This document shows, one piece after another, positions 24,355 through 31,304 of a stretch of DNA of 32,000 bases (its first letter is position 1; the number at the start of each line of letters is the position of its first letter). The translations under genes were made by a program, and so were the position numbers. The notes beneath the pieces were generated by a model. That model was not told the origin of the DNA. It ran no database searches and saw nothing but the letters and a program-made list of their open reading frames with translations. Source of the stretch: Serratia phage PCH45; the sequence record NC_091964.1; one strand, given 5' to 3'.

Positions 24355-24927
24355 ATGTGGAAATGGTTAGCACTCCCCGGCACTAAGAAGAAAGAAGAAA
24401 ATCGCACTGAGGGTGTTTATAAAGAACCGGCTAAGGCGTCTTTTAAAGATCCGGAATTTGTTAAGAAAGTCGATACGATAATCGATTCTCTCAACATGCC
24501 TGTATCTAGCTACGTTCCAGACTTCACTGCTCTGGAACCCTCAGTTATGCGTACTACGGATAAATGGAAACAACAGGCGTATAAGAAAGCTCTGATTGAC
24601 TTCTTAGAGGCTTATCGTAGAGGCTGGTTTAGCGTCTGTATTGTTCATGAAGTAGCTGACGCATTTGAGGTGGACTATTACGACTCTTATCGGTTAAAGG
24701 AAATCCATAAGAAACTCGGACTCATTCACTGTGTTCACTGGAAAAACATGGATCCCGAAATCATGGAGGAGCTCCCATCTTTATTAAACGAATTTTTCCG
24801 TTTGATTGAAAGATTAGCCTACCCCGAAGAATACAGAGAAGGGAATACCTACGAAGGCGAATCTTTTTGCCATAACGGTAATGTCTACTCAATCGAGAAC
24901 GGGCAGCTGCGGGAAAAGTATCAGTAA
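24355..24927 (+). CDS. Hypothetical protein (190 aa)
   Basis: SD AAGAGG. ATG lies 1 nt after the upstream stop. Confidence 0.7.
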   Translation: MWKWLALPGTKKKEENRTEGVYKEPAKASFKDPEFVKKVDTIIDSLNMPVSSYVPDFTALEPSVMRTTDKWKQQAYKKALIDFLEAYRRGWFSVCIVHEVADAFEVDYYDSYRLKEIHKKLGLIHCVHWKNMDPEIMEELPSLLNEFFRLIERLAYPEEYREGNTYEGESFCHNGNVYSIENGQLREKYQ

Positions 24928-25017
24928 TCTTTTTATAAAGCGCCATCGCTTACTGTGTAATTAGGTTTTGTGTTAAATAACCCTTGAGGATTACCAGTAT
25001 CGAATAGTGAGGCAACC

Positions 25018-25458
25018 ATGTTCACAGGCGCGCATGTTACACTAACCGCAGAGGGTATGTCATTAACAATAGTGAGAACAGAAGAGGAGATAGAACTTTG
25101 CGCTATCTCCGGCAAGTATCGTAGCCCTAAGATAAAAGCGTATAACCTCAATACGGCATTACGTTTGTTGAAGGGCTGGATTATCCTGAACGCCTCTATC
25201 AAGGAAGAAGAGGAATTTAAGGTGGTCGAGAATACGTTGTTTGATGAATTAGGTGGGGAGGTCATGAGTGACCAACTTACTTTCTTCAAATACGGCGAGT
25301 TCTTCAAACTTGTCATCAGCCCGGAAAATAAAGACGAATGGATCTGTATTAACGCCCAGAGTGGTGAACGACTCTATTTTAAAGAAGGGGACTTTGAGTT
25401 CGTTCGTTACAGCTACTTTAAAAAGTACGATCGCTCTGGTATAAGAGAGGTGACGTAA
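25018..25458 (+). CDS. Hypothetical protein (146 aa)
   Basis: SD GAGG lies 6 nt before the ATG. The antisense ORF 24933..25316 is rejected. Confidence 0.7.
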   Translation: MFTGAHVTLTAEGMSLTIVRTEEEIELCAISGKYRSPKIKAYNLNTALRLLKGWIILNASIKEEEEFKVVENTLFDELGGEVMSDQLTFFKYGEFFKLVISPENKDEWICINAQSGERLYFKEGDFEFVRYSYFKKYDRSGIREVT

Positions 25459-25964
25459 TGAGTTTTAAGAACCTTACAATAATCAAAACTCCGGAATGTA
25501 CCCGAGGGGAAATGGCCATGATGTTAGATGGTCACCATATCGGGTTCGTGGCTGATATGACCGATGATGATAATGGGTCATGGAAGCTAGATGGTATTAT
25601 CATGACCAAAGGTCCCAAGTCCGATCATATTCTCGCTGTCGAGTTCATTGACGATTGGTGGGAGTTAGTGGAAAAAGGCGTTAACACCGCTGGCTTCACT
25701 AAGAAGATCGCAAAGCTCTGGGGCCGGGCGGGTAAAGGTTGGTCGTCGCGATTCTTCCGTGGTTACTACGAGAAGAAAGAAGGCGGTGTATACGATGCTT
25801 CCGATAAGCTGATGTATGACGATCCTCGTGATACCCGTAACGGTGAGTTGATGAACTACCCAACTCAAATCAGTCGTCGGGCTGTAGGTATCATCCGTCG
25901 CTTTGGTATTATCAAAGCGTACAGTCGGCGTGGACGTTTCGCTCGAGGAGGTTCTCGTGGCTAA
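25458..25964 (+). CDS. Hypothetical protein (168 aa) with an RG-rich C-terminal tail
   Basis: TAATG overlap with the upstream gene. The tail reads YSRRGRFARGGSRG. Confidence 0.7.
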   Translation: MSFKNLTIIKTPECTRGEMAMMLDGHHIGFVADMTDDDNGSWKLDGIIMTKGPKSDHILAVEFIDDWWELVEKGVNTAGFTKKIAKLWGRAGKGWSSRFFRGYYEKKEGGVYDASDKLMYDDPRDTRNGELMNYPTQISRRAVGIIRRFGIIKAYSRRGRFARGGSRG

Positions 25965-26295
25965 TCTCGTCCGCGTAAAGTCGGTTGGTATCTATTACAC
26001 CGACGAAGGTAATACTAACCCTGACAACATCGAGGCTACTTATCGTAAGATCGATGAGGATATCCGTGAGCCCATTCGCTTCTGCGAATTTGTTCCTGAA
26101 GTTGACGTATTCTTTGATGAATATGTTAACCGCCAGGAAGGGGTAATCGAAATCACTCCTAATCAGGTTGTGCGTGAAGTTACTGGTCTTCGGGACTTCA
26201 TCGCGCGATTACTGACTAACCATCGTATTTTAGATATAGGCGCTGTTTATGAAACCAAGCTCAGCACAGCAAGCGATTACGCGAAAAGGGTCTAA
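25957..26295 (+). CDS. Hypothetical protein (112 aa)
   Basis: GTG 25957 lies 5 nt after a strong SD GAGGAGG and overlaps the previous stop. The track start 25903 is less likely. Confidence 0.6.
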   Translation: MANLVRVKSVGIYYTDEGNTNPDNIEATYRKIDEDIREPIRFCEFVPEVDVFFDEYVNRQEGVIEITPNQVVREVTGLRDFIARLLTNHRILDIGAVYETKLSTASDYAKRV

Positions 26296-26683
26296 GCTTC
26301 TCGGCCGCGGTGATCGTGAAGATGTATTACTGGATGCAATCTATATCCAGTATTCCGGCGCACGTATTAAGGATGATGTTCGTCTTGCAGCCGACGTCTA
26401 TGAACATAAGTTCTCTGTCGTTGGTCGTGTAGATGTAACTGACTTCATTGATCCGGAAACCGGCGAGGTGAAGATTCCTAACGAGTTCCTGACGAAGTCT
26501 GTCGTGGGATTCAAGGAATTCATCGAACGTTATTTCCAGGAACGCCAGCTTGCTAAAATGAGCATGGGGTTACGTGGAGATAAGTACCGCGTTGAATGGC
26601 GTGGACGTAAACGTAGTAAGAACGAAAAAGAAGGCTTTTCGCGTAGTGCGTTAGCCAAAGCAATTAACCCTGAAGATAAATAA
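26249..26683 (+). CDS. Hypothetical protein (144 aa), apparent paralogue of 25957..26295
   Basis: ATG 26249 is the only in-frame start and gives a 47-nt overlap with the upstream gene. The two proteins share a segment: VDVFFDEYVNRQEGVIEITPNQVVREVTGLRDFIARL versus VDVTDFIDPETGEVKIPNEFLTKSVVGFKEFIERY. Confidence 0.55.
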   Translation: MKPSSAQQAITRKGSKLLGRGDREDVLLDAIYIQYSGARIKDDVRLAADVYEHKFSVVGRVDVTDFIDPETGEVKIPNEFLTKSVVGFKEFIERYFQERQLAKMSMGLRGDKYRVEWRGRKRSKNEKEGFSRSALAKAINPEDK

Positions 26684-26692
26684 GGATACAAA

Positions 26693-26968
26693 ATGAAACT
26701 GATCGGTTTTTCTGGTGCTAAAGTTGGTACTTCCGCAACTCTGACTCACATCGACGTTGCTAATAAAGAAGCGCACTTCGTTATCGACGATGCTCATGCT
26801 GCTTACAAATTCGAAGGCGACGCGCTGGACGCGAAACTGCTGAGCAAAGTAACCATCTCTGCTGGCGGCGAAGTTTCTCTGGCGGGGAAAGCGGACACCG
26901 GTAAGAAAGCAGTAAAAGAAAAGTCTGGCAGCACCGGTAACGGCGCGGCGTACGACAAACGCTACTAA
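26693..26968 (+). CDS. Small Ala/Gly/Lys-rich protein (91 aa), probably abundantly expressed
   Basis: SD AAGGA. Codon choice is strongly biased toward major E. coli codons (ctg, aaa, ggt, gcg, cgc). Followed by its own terminator. Confidence 0.7.
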   Translation: MKLIGFSGAKVGTSATLTHIDVANKEAHFVIDDAHAAYKFEGDALDAKLLSKVTISAGGEVSLAGKADTGKKAVKEKSGSTGNGAAYDKRY

Positions 26969-26975
26969 TTCATTC

Positions 26976-27000
26976 CGGGAGCCTTCGGGCTCCCGTTTGT
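26976..27000 (+). terminator. Intrinsic terminator (CGGGAGCC-TTCG-GGCTCCCG, short TTTGT tail)
   Basis: 8-bp stem and UUCG loop. The U-tract is weak. Confidence 0.6.
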
Positions 27001-27015
27001 GCTGTGAGGTTAAAA

Positions 27016-27306
27016 ATGAAACCAATAGAAGCTGGTTGTCTAGCTATTATCATTTACGATGAAGATGTTCGTAATATCGGAAAAGAAGTTACTGTACATT
27101 CTTTCGCGAAAAACCTTTCCCGTAATAAAAAATCAAACATGTGGAAAGTTGTATCGACAAGGACTCTTTTCGTTTTTAATGAGCGTTTGCAGAAAACACG
27201 CGAAATAAACAAAGGGATTTGTTACGAGAGTAATCTCATGCGTATCGATGGTGGAGAGCCTAAAGATGTTGTTGATAAACGCATTAATTTCTTGGAGGTC
27301 AAGTGA
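27016..27306 (+). CDS. Hypothetical protein (96 aa)
   Basis: ATG 27016 lies 5 nt after SD GAGGT. The stop overlaps the next GTG start (GTGA). Confidence 0.65.
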   Translation: MKPIEAGCLAIIIYDEDVRNIGKEVTVHSFAKNLSRNKKSNMWKVVSTRTLFVFNERLQKTREINKGICYESNLMRIDGGEPKDVVDKRINFLEVK

Positions 27307-27845
27307 CTACTTTGATTTATAGGGACGGGGAACTGGCCGGTGATCGGCGCTACGGTATGCCGTTAGCAGGCGAGCAGATAGTTTATGTTGATCGACCCAA
27401 GGTCCATCTCCATCCCAGTAAGAAAATAGCTTTTGGTCTTTGTGGTTCTACTAAAGGCAAAGATGTTGTACAGGAACTCGGCGACTACTTACTTACCGTA
27501 GCAGTGCTCATCGAGGAAGGTAATGTTCCCGATATGAAGGAAGTTTTGAAGGATTGGGCAGTGAACTCACTGAACATAGTCCTGATGACTCGTCAGAACG
27601 CCTGGTTGATCGTATACGAGGGTGAAGAGGTAAAGCTTACCAATCTAGACGATCTTCCTTACTACTCCGTAGGAAGCGGCCAGTGGTGTGGTGTGGCATT
27701 GTTGGGAGAGGGGTGTTCTTTCGAAGAAATCTATAAGATCACGCCAATGATTGATGGGATGACTGGTCCCAAGTTTGATGTCTACAAGAAAACCAAGCTT
27801 AAGGCTTTAAGGACTGCTCGTGCTCGCCGTAATCCAAGATCGTAA
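27303..27845 (+). CDS. HslV/proteasome-beta-like N-terminal-nucleophile (Thr) peptidase (180 aa)
   Basis: fMet-TTLIYRDGELAGDRR aligns with E. coli HslV TTIVSVRRNGHVVIAGDGQ (Thr1, Asp17). Further matches are RPKVHLHPSKKIAFGLCGS versus KKVRRLYNDKVIAGFAGG (Lys33), VLKDW versus LAKDW, and YYSVGSGQW versus IAIGSGGPY. GTG start follows SD GGAGG. Confidence 0.7.
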   Translation: MTTLIYRDGELAGDRRYGMPLAGEQIVYVDRPKVHLHPSKKIAFGLCGSTKGKDVVQELGDYLLTVAVLIEEGNVPDMKEVLKDWAVNSLNIVLMTRQNAWLIVYEGEEVKLTNLDDLPYYSVGSGQWCGVALLGEGCSFEEIYKITPMIDGMTGPKFDVYKKTKLKALRTARARRNPRS

Positions 27846-27864
27846 AGTTTATTTCCCTGAGTAC

Positions 27865-28422
27865 ATGGTGAGTACTCACAACCAGGGAGTCAAAACATCT
27901 CGTGATCGTTATTATCGCAATTTCATCTTTATTGCCTTTAACGAGGTTGGTAATCTTCCTTTACTCCACAACATGTTCAAGAACTTCCGCGCGCCCATTA
28001 TTCAGACTCGCGACATGATCCTTGGCCTGAACATCGACGTGATGGGATCGGTGAACGTGATCAGGGTATCTACCGGGGTTAAGAAAGGCGATGAAGAATC
28101 TAGTACCGAGATTGTTTCTACTCCTTTTATCACGGCAGTTGATCTTCCCACTAATGATGGAGAATGGAATGTTATTGCTGAGTATCCTGCAATGCACGAT
28201 TACTGCGCAGCGTTATTACATCATGGCGTTAAAGTTCCTGATGCGATTGCTAAAACGCTGTCTGCGATGGGGCACCCTAATGGTAATAAGATCAGCTCGA
28301 TTGCTATTAAGGATGCCGTAAAAGAACTCGAAGGAACTTACGTCTACGATAAAAACCTGAAAGAAGACAGCGAAGGCGTTCTACTTGATTTGATAAAAGG
28401 TTCTATCAAGTCACTGAAATAA
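27865..28422 (+). CDS. Hypothetical protein (185 aa; 200 aa if GTG 27820 is used)
   Basis: Clean ORF. The start is ambiguous and neither candidate has a strong SD. Confidence 0.6.
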   Translation: MVSTHNQGVKTSRDRYYRNFIFIAFNEVGNLPLLHNMFKNFRAPIIQTRDMILGLNIDVMGSVNVIRVSTGVKKGDEESSTEIVSTPFITAVDLPTNDGEWNVIAEYPAMHDYCAALLHHGVKVPDAIAKTLSAMGHPNGNKISSIAIKDAVKELEGTYVYDKNLKEDSEGVLLDLIKGSIKSLK

Positions 28423-28433
28423 AGGAAACGCTT

Positions 28434-28811
28434 ATGGAGCTCGTAACCGTTCAAAGAGCAAAAGAAAATCTTGCTCGATCAAATGGCTACGAATATGTAG
28501 ATACCACTGTTAAGTCCAACACATGTCCTCTAGCTCCCGAATGGGAAATGGTTATGCGTTGGAAAGATTATGAAAAAGGAATAGGTGATTACGACGAAGA
28601 GTGTTACACGCGGGATTATAAAAGATTACTGCGTAGAAGGTATAGAGAGGATCCTGATTGGTTCCACGAATTCTGTCAGAAGGAACGTGTTGCAGTAAGT
28701 TGTTTCTGTAACAAGTCTAAATTCTGTCATCGTTTCTTGATAGTCGATATACTAAGAAAAATATGTGGCTATCTTGGTATTGAATTTTATTACGTGGGTG
28801 AGTTACATTAA
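28434..28811 (+). CDS. DUF488-like protein (125 aa)
   Basis: ERVAVSCFCNKSKFCHRFLIVDIL matches the DUF488 hallmark (..L.C.C.....CHR..LA..L), preceded by a W..F...Y..LL-type region. SD AAGGA. AT-rich. Confidence 0.5.
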   Translation: MELVTVQRAKENLARSNGYEYVDTTVKSNTCPLAPEWEMVMRWKDYEKGIGDYDEECYTRDYKRLLRRRYREDPDWFHEFCQKERVAVSCFCNKSKFCHRFLIVDILRKICGYLGIEFYYVGELH

Positions 28812-28814
28812 TCT

Positions 28815-28843
28815 AGGGGACTTCGGTCCCCTTCTTTTTTTTT
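28815..28843 (+). terminator. Intrinsic terminator (AGGGGAC-TTCG-GTCCCCT plus T-run)
   Basis: 7-bp stem, UUCG loop, tail TCTTTTTTTTT. Confidence 0.85.
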
Positions 28844-28874
28844 GTTTCTTATGTTGACGACATAGGAGGCAACA

Positions 28875-29624
28875 ATGGCTATTGAACGCAATGAATCGAT
28901 CCGCAGTATTCAGTCTCGTCTGATTGCTGCTGGTCTGTTAACCGACAAGTCTGGAGCTGATGGTATTTGGGGACCCGCCTCCGAAGCCGGTTTCCAAAAG
29001 CTTCTGGGTAACGCAGGTACACCGGTGGATAAAGGCTACGACATTGCCTGGTCTGCTAAAGTAAGTCCGGAGTTCGTAACGAAGGTTAAGAAGATCGCTC
29101 AGATGCTTCAGATGCCTTCTACTGGTCCGGATGACCTTATGTCCTGTATGGCCTGGGAATCAGGCGAGTCTTTCGCTCCGGATAAACGTAATGGTGCAGG
29201 TAGTGGTGCAACAGGTCTGATTCAGTTCATGCCTGCTACAGCTCTGCCGTACTTTAACAGTGCTGCTGATATCGCGAAGATGGACGCTGCTACTAAGAAA
29301 GCGAAAGGTATCGAAGCTTGCAACCGTCTGGCAGCACTGACTGCTGAACAACAGCTTGACTTTGTTTATAAATACTTTGAGCCGTATGCAGGTAAACTCA
29401 AAAACCTGGGTGACTTGTACATGGCTATCCTCTGGCCGAAAGGCGTGGGCAAGACGGATGACTACGTACTTTGGAACTCTGCAACCGCACCGACAACCTA
29501 TCGCCAGAACATCGGCTTGGATGTCAACAAAGATGGAAACATCACCCGCGGCGAATGCGTATTCAAGGTACGTGAGAAGTATAACAAAGGTATGCAGTTA
29601 ACCAATCGTCGTCCGTTGGTTTGA
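28875..29624 (+). CDS. Modular endolysin: N-terminal peptidoglycan-binding domain plus C-terminal SLT/lytic-transglycosylase-like domain (249 aa)
   Basis: IQSRLIAAGLL..KSGADGIWGPASEAGFQKL fits the PG_binding_1 pattern (LQ..L...G......DG.FG..T..A...FQ). AWESGESFAPDKRNGAGSGATGLIQFMPAT fits the SLT signature (E-S....P.....S..GA.GLMQ). Strong SD AGGAGG. Confidence 0.85.
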   Translation: MAIERNESIRSIQSRLIAAGLLTDKSGADGIWGPASEAGFQKLLGNAGTPVDKGYDIAWSAKVSPEFVTKVKKIAQMLQMPSTGPDDLMSCMAWESGESFAPDKRNGAGSGATGLIQFMPATALPYFNSAADIAKMDAATKKAKGIEACNRLAALTAEQQLDFVYKYFEPYAGKLKNLGDLYMAILWPKGVGKTDDYVLWNSATAPTTYRQNIGLDVNKDGNITRGECVFKVREKYNKGMQLTNRRPLV

Positions 29625-29631
29625 CTCCGCT

Positions 29632-29661
29632 GAGGGGACTTCGGTCCCCTCTTTTTTTTTT
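29632..29661 (+). terminator. Intrinsic terminator (GAGGGGAC-TTCG-GTCCCCTC plus T10)
   Basis: The 18-nt core AGGGGACTTCGGTCCCCT is identical to the terminator at 28815..28843. Confidence 0.85.
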
Positions 29662-29704
29662 GCCTGAATTATATGAACTTCTAAGAACTAAAGGAAAAAG
29701 AGAA

Positions 29705-30385
29705 ATGTTGTATAAATTAAATTTGCGTCCCGGTAACCTCAGTACTAAGGTTTGGCAGGGATTTGCTTCTGATCTATACGCAGCTGTAGTAGAGAAGAAA
29801 ATAGAAAACATCGGCGAGGCTATTGATACGATGTTGGCTCTTGATCAAGGTGCTCGTTTTGATCTGATGACTCCTGATCGCAATGACCCGGTGCTTTCTT
29901 CTGGCGGGAAGATCATGGGTACTGAGATTCCTATCACGTTAGTAATTGATCTCACGCCTGCCGAACTCATCTTCCAGCTTAACCGTTATGCAACCGGTGT
30001 TAATGGCGACATCATTGCTCACCTGGTGAGTATCGATGGTAAGTTGAAGCTCTACCGTCCGTTTGATCCTCGTATTCTTAAAGCCTGTAATAAGGACATC
30101 ACTAAAGTTCACGGTGTCGATATCATTTCTTTCAGTAGTAAAGAAGCGGGTATCGGTATTAAGAACTTCCTGGATAACAAGCTCTGTCATGCTATTGCCA
30201 GCATTGATGAGCCTCTGTTCGGGGTCAATCCTGAGGCGATCGATGGGTTGGGTTATTGGCTTGCCCTGAAACTGATTATCGATAAGACGCAGCGTAAGTA
30301 CCCGGAATACACGCTGGCTGACTTAGTCCGTGTTACTGTCGGTGATAACCCGCGTGATCTTGATGTAGACAATACTGCACCCTGA
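29705..30385 (+). CDS. Hypothetical protein (226 aa)
   Basis: ATG 29705 follows AAAGGAAAAAGAGAA. The track start 29621 runs through the terminator and is rejected. Confidence 0.7.
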   Translation: MLYKLNLRPGNLSTKVWQGFASDLYAAVVEKKIENIGEAIDTMLALDQGARFDLMTPDRNDPVLSSGGKIMGTEIPITLVIDLTPAELIFQLNRYATGVNGDIIAHLVSIDGKLKLYRPFDPRILKACNKDITKVHGVDIISFSSKEAGIGIKNFLDNKLCHAIASIDEPLFGVNPEAIDGLGYWLALKLIIDKTQRKYPEYTLADLVRVTVGDNPRDLDVDNTAP

Positions 30386-30387
30386 GA

Positions 30388-30427
30388 CAAAAAAAAAAGA
30401 AGGAGAGGCCGCAAGGCCTCTCCTTCT
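30388..30427 (-). terminator. Intrinsic terminator of the minus-strand structural operon (13-bp stem AGAAGGAGAGGCC/GGCCTCTCCTTCT, T11 on the minus strand)
   Basis: The hairpin lies 10 nt past the 30438 stop. The U-run exists only on the minus-strand transcript, so the + strand gets a hairpin without a tail. Confidence 0.8.
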
Positions 30428-30437
30428 GGGGCGGTTA

Positions 30438-31304
30438 TCAAACAGAGACTGCTTTCGCCGACTCCATGTTCGGGACGTAACCGGTATAGTCGATAGCCTG
30501 AACGTCTGCTTCTGCTTTCTGAATCCAAGCAGCGCGGAAGTTCGGGTCGATACCCGTCTGGTTTGCAGCGTCCAGGAAGCGCTGTGCCAACTGACGCACG
30601 CCGACACCAACCTGCTGAATACAGGTGAAGGTGATAGAGTGGGTTACACTCTCAGGCGTTGCGGTGATGTCACGGCCGCCCTCTACGCGAGGACCTTGCA
30701 TTGGCATCATGTTGGTGCAGAGCCAGGCTTCCACTACCCAACGCTCAGTCGGATCCGGTTCTACAAACAGCACCGTAAAGGCGGTGTAGTCCGGATACAG
30801 ACCGTACGGGGTGCTACGACCACGGGACACAACGGCAGGGACGTTGGTTTCCGGGTTGCCCAGGAGGTTGAGGATATAGCCGTTCCAGAAGTACTTAACT
30901 GGAGTACCAATCTTCTCAACCCATTCGAACTGTGGTTGCGAGCGATTCCGGCGGACTTTCGCCAGAGTTTGCATCATCTCACCACCGCCACCAAACGGGT
31001 TCTCGGAGTATTCTAACTCCAAGGACTGATCCAACCCGCTGATGGAACGTGGGTGGAGTTCGATGAGCGCTTTGAGGCACGCAAGCCATTTTTCAGGATT
31101 CGGCAGATCTTTGAAACCAGCCGGTCCTTCCATCAGGAATGCGATTACCGGACGACGGGTGTAGTCAGCGGCACCGTGGTAATAACGGATGTCAGTGACG
31201 TAGCCCATCTGGCCGGAATTGGTAAGGTCCGTTACCGGACCCTGGATACCCTCAGCATATGCCTCGTTAGCTTTGAGGATAGTGTTGGCGTCTTTATTAG
31301 CCAT
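30438..31304 (-). CDS. Virion structural protein (288 aa), possibly a tail tube-type protein
   Basis: Strong SD GGGAGGAC. There is an 8-nt overlap (ATGGCTAA) with the upstream gene and biased codon usage. The function is guessed only from the sheath-then-tube-like order and the size. Confidence 0.75.
   Translation of the reverse strand: MANKDANTILKANEAYAEGIQGPVTDLTNSGQMGYVTDIRYYHGAADYTRRPVIAFLMEGPAGFKDLPNPEKWLACLKALIELHPRSISGLDQSLELEYSENPFGGGGEMMQTLAKVRRNRSQPQFEWVEKIGTPVKYFWNGYILNLLGNPETNVPAVVSRGRSTPYGLYPDYTAFTVLFVEPDPTERWVVEAWLCTNMMPMQGPRVEGGRDITATPESVTHSITFTCIQQVGVGVRQLAQRFLDAANQTGIDPNFRAAWIQKAEADVQAIDYTGYVPNMESAKAVSV

Noticed and set aside
24933-25316. Minus-strand ORF of 127 aa overlapping 25018..25458
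   Set aside because: It is Ser/Asn-rich junk-like sequence with no SD. The + strand ORF has a GAGG SD, is translationally coupled to the next gene, and fits the co-directional operon.
3248-29704. N-terminal extensions in the ORF track that start at TTG/GTG (3248, 2097, 13713, 15329, 23652, 27004, 29621, 11057, 8524, 25903)
   Set aside because: These starts fall inside terminator stems or T-tails, or deep inside the preceding gene. In-frame ATG/GTG codons with proper SD spacing exist downstream and were used instead.
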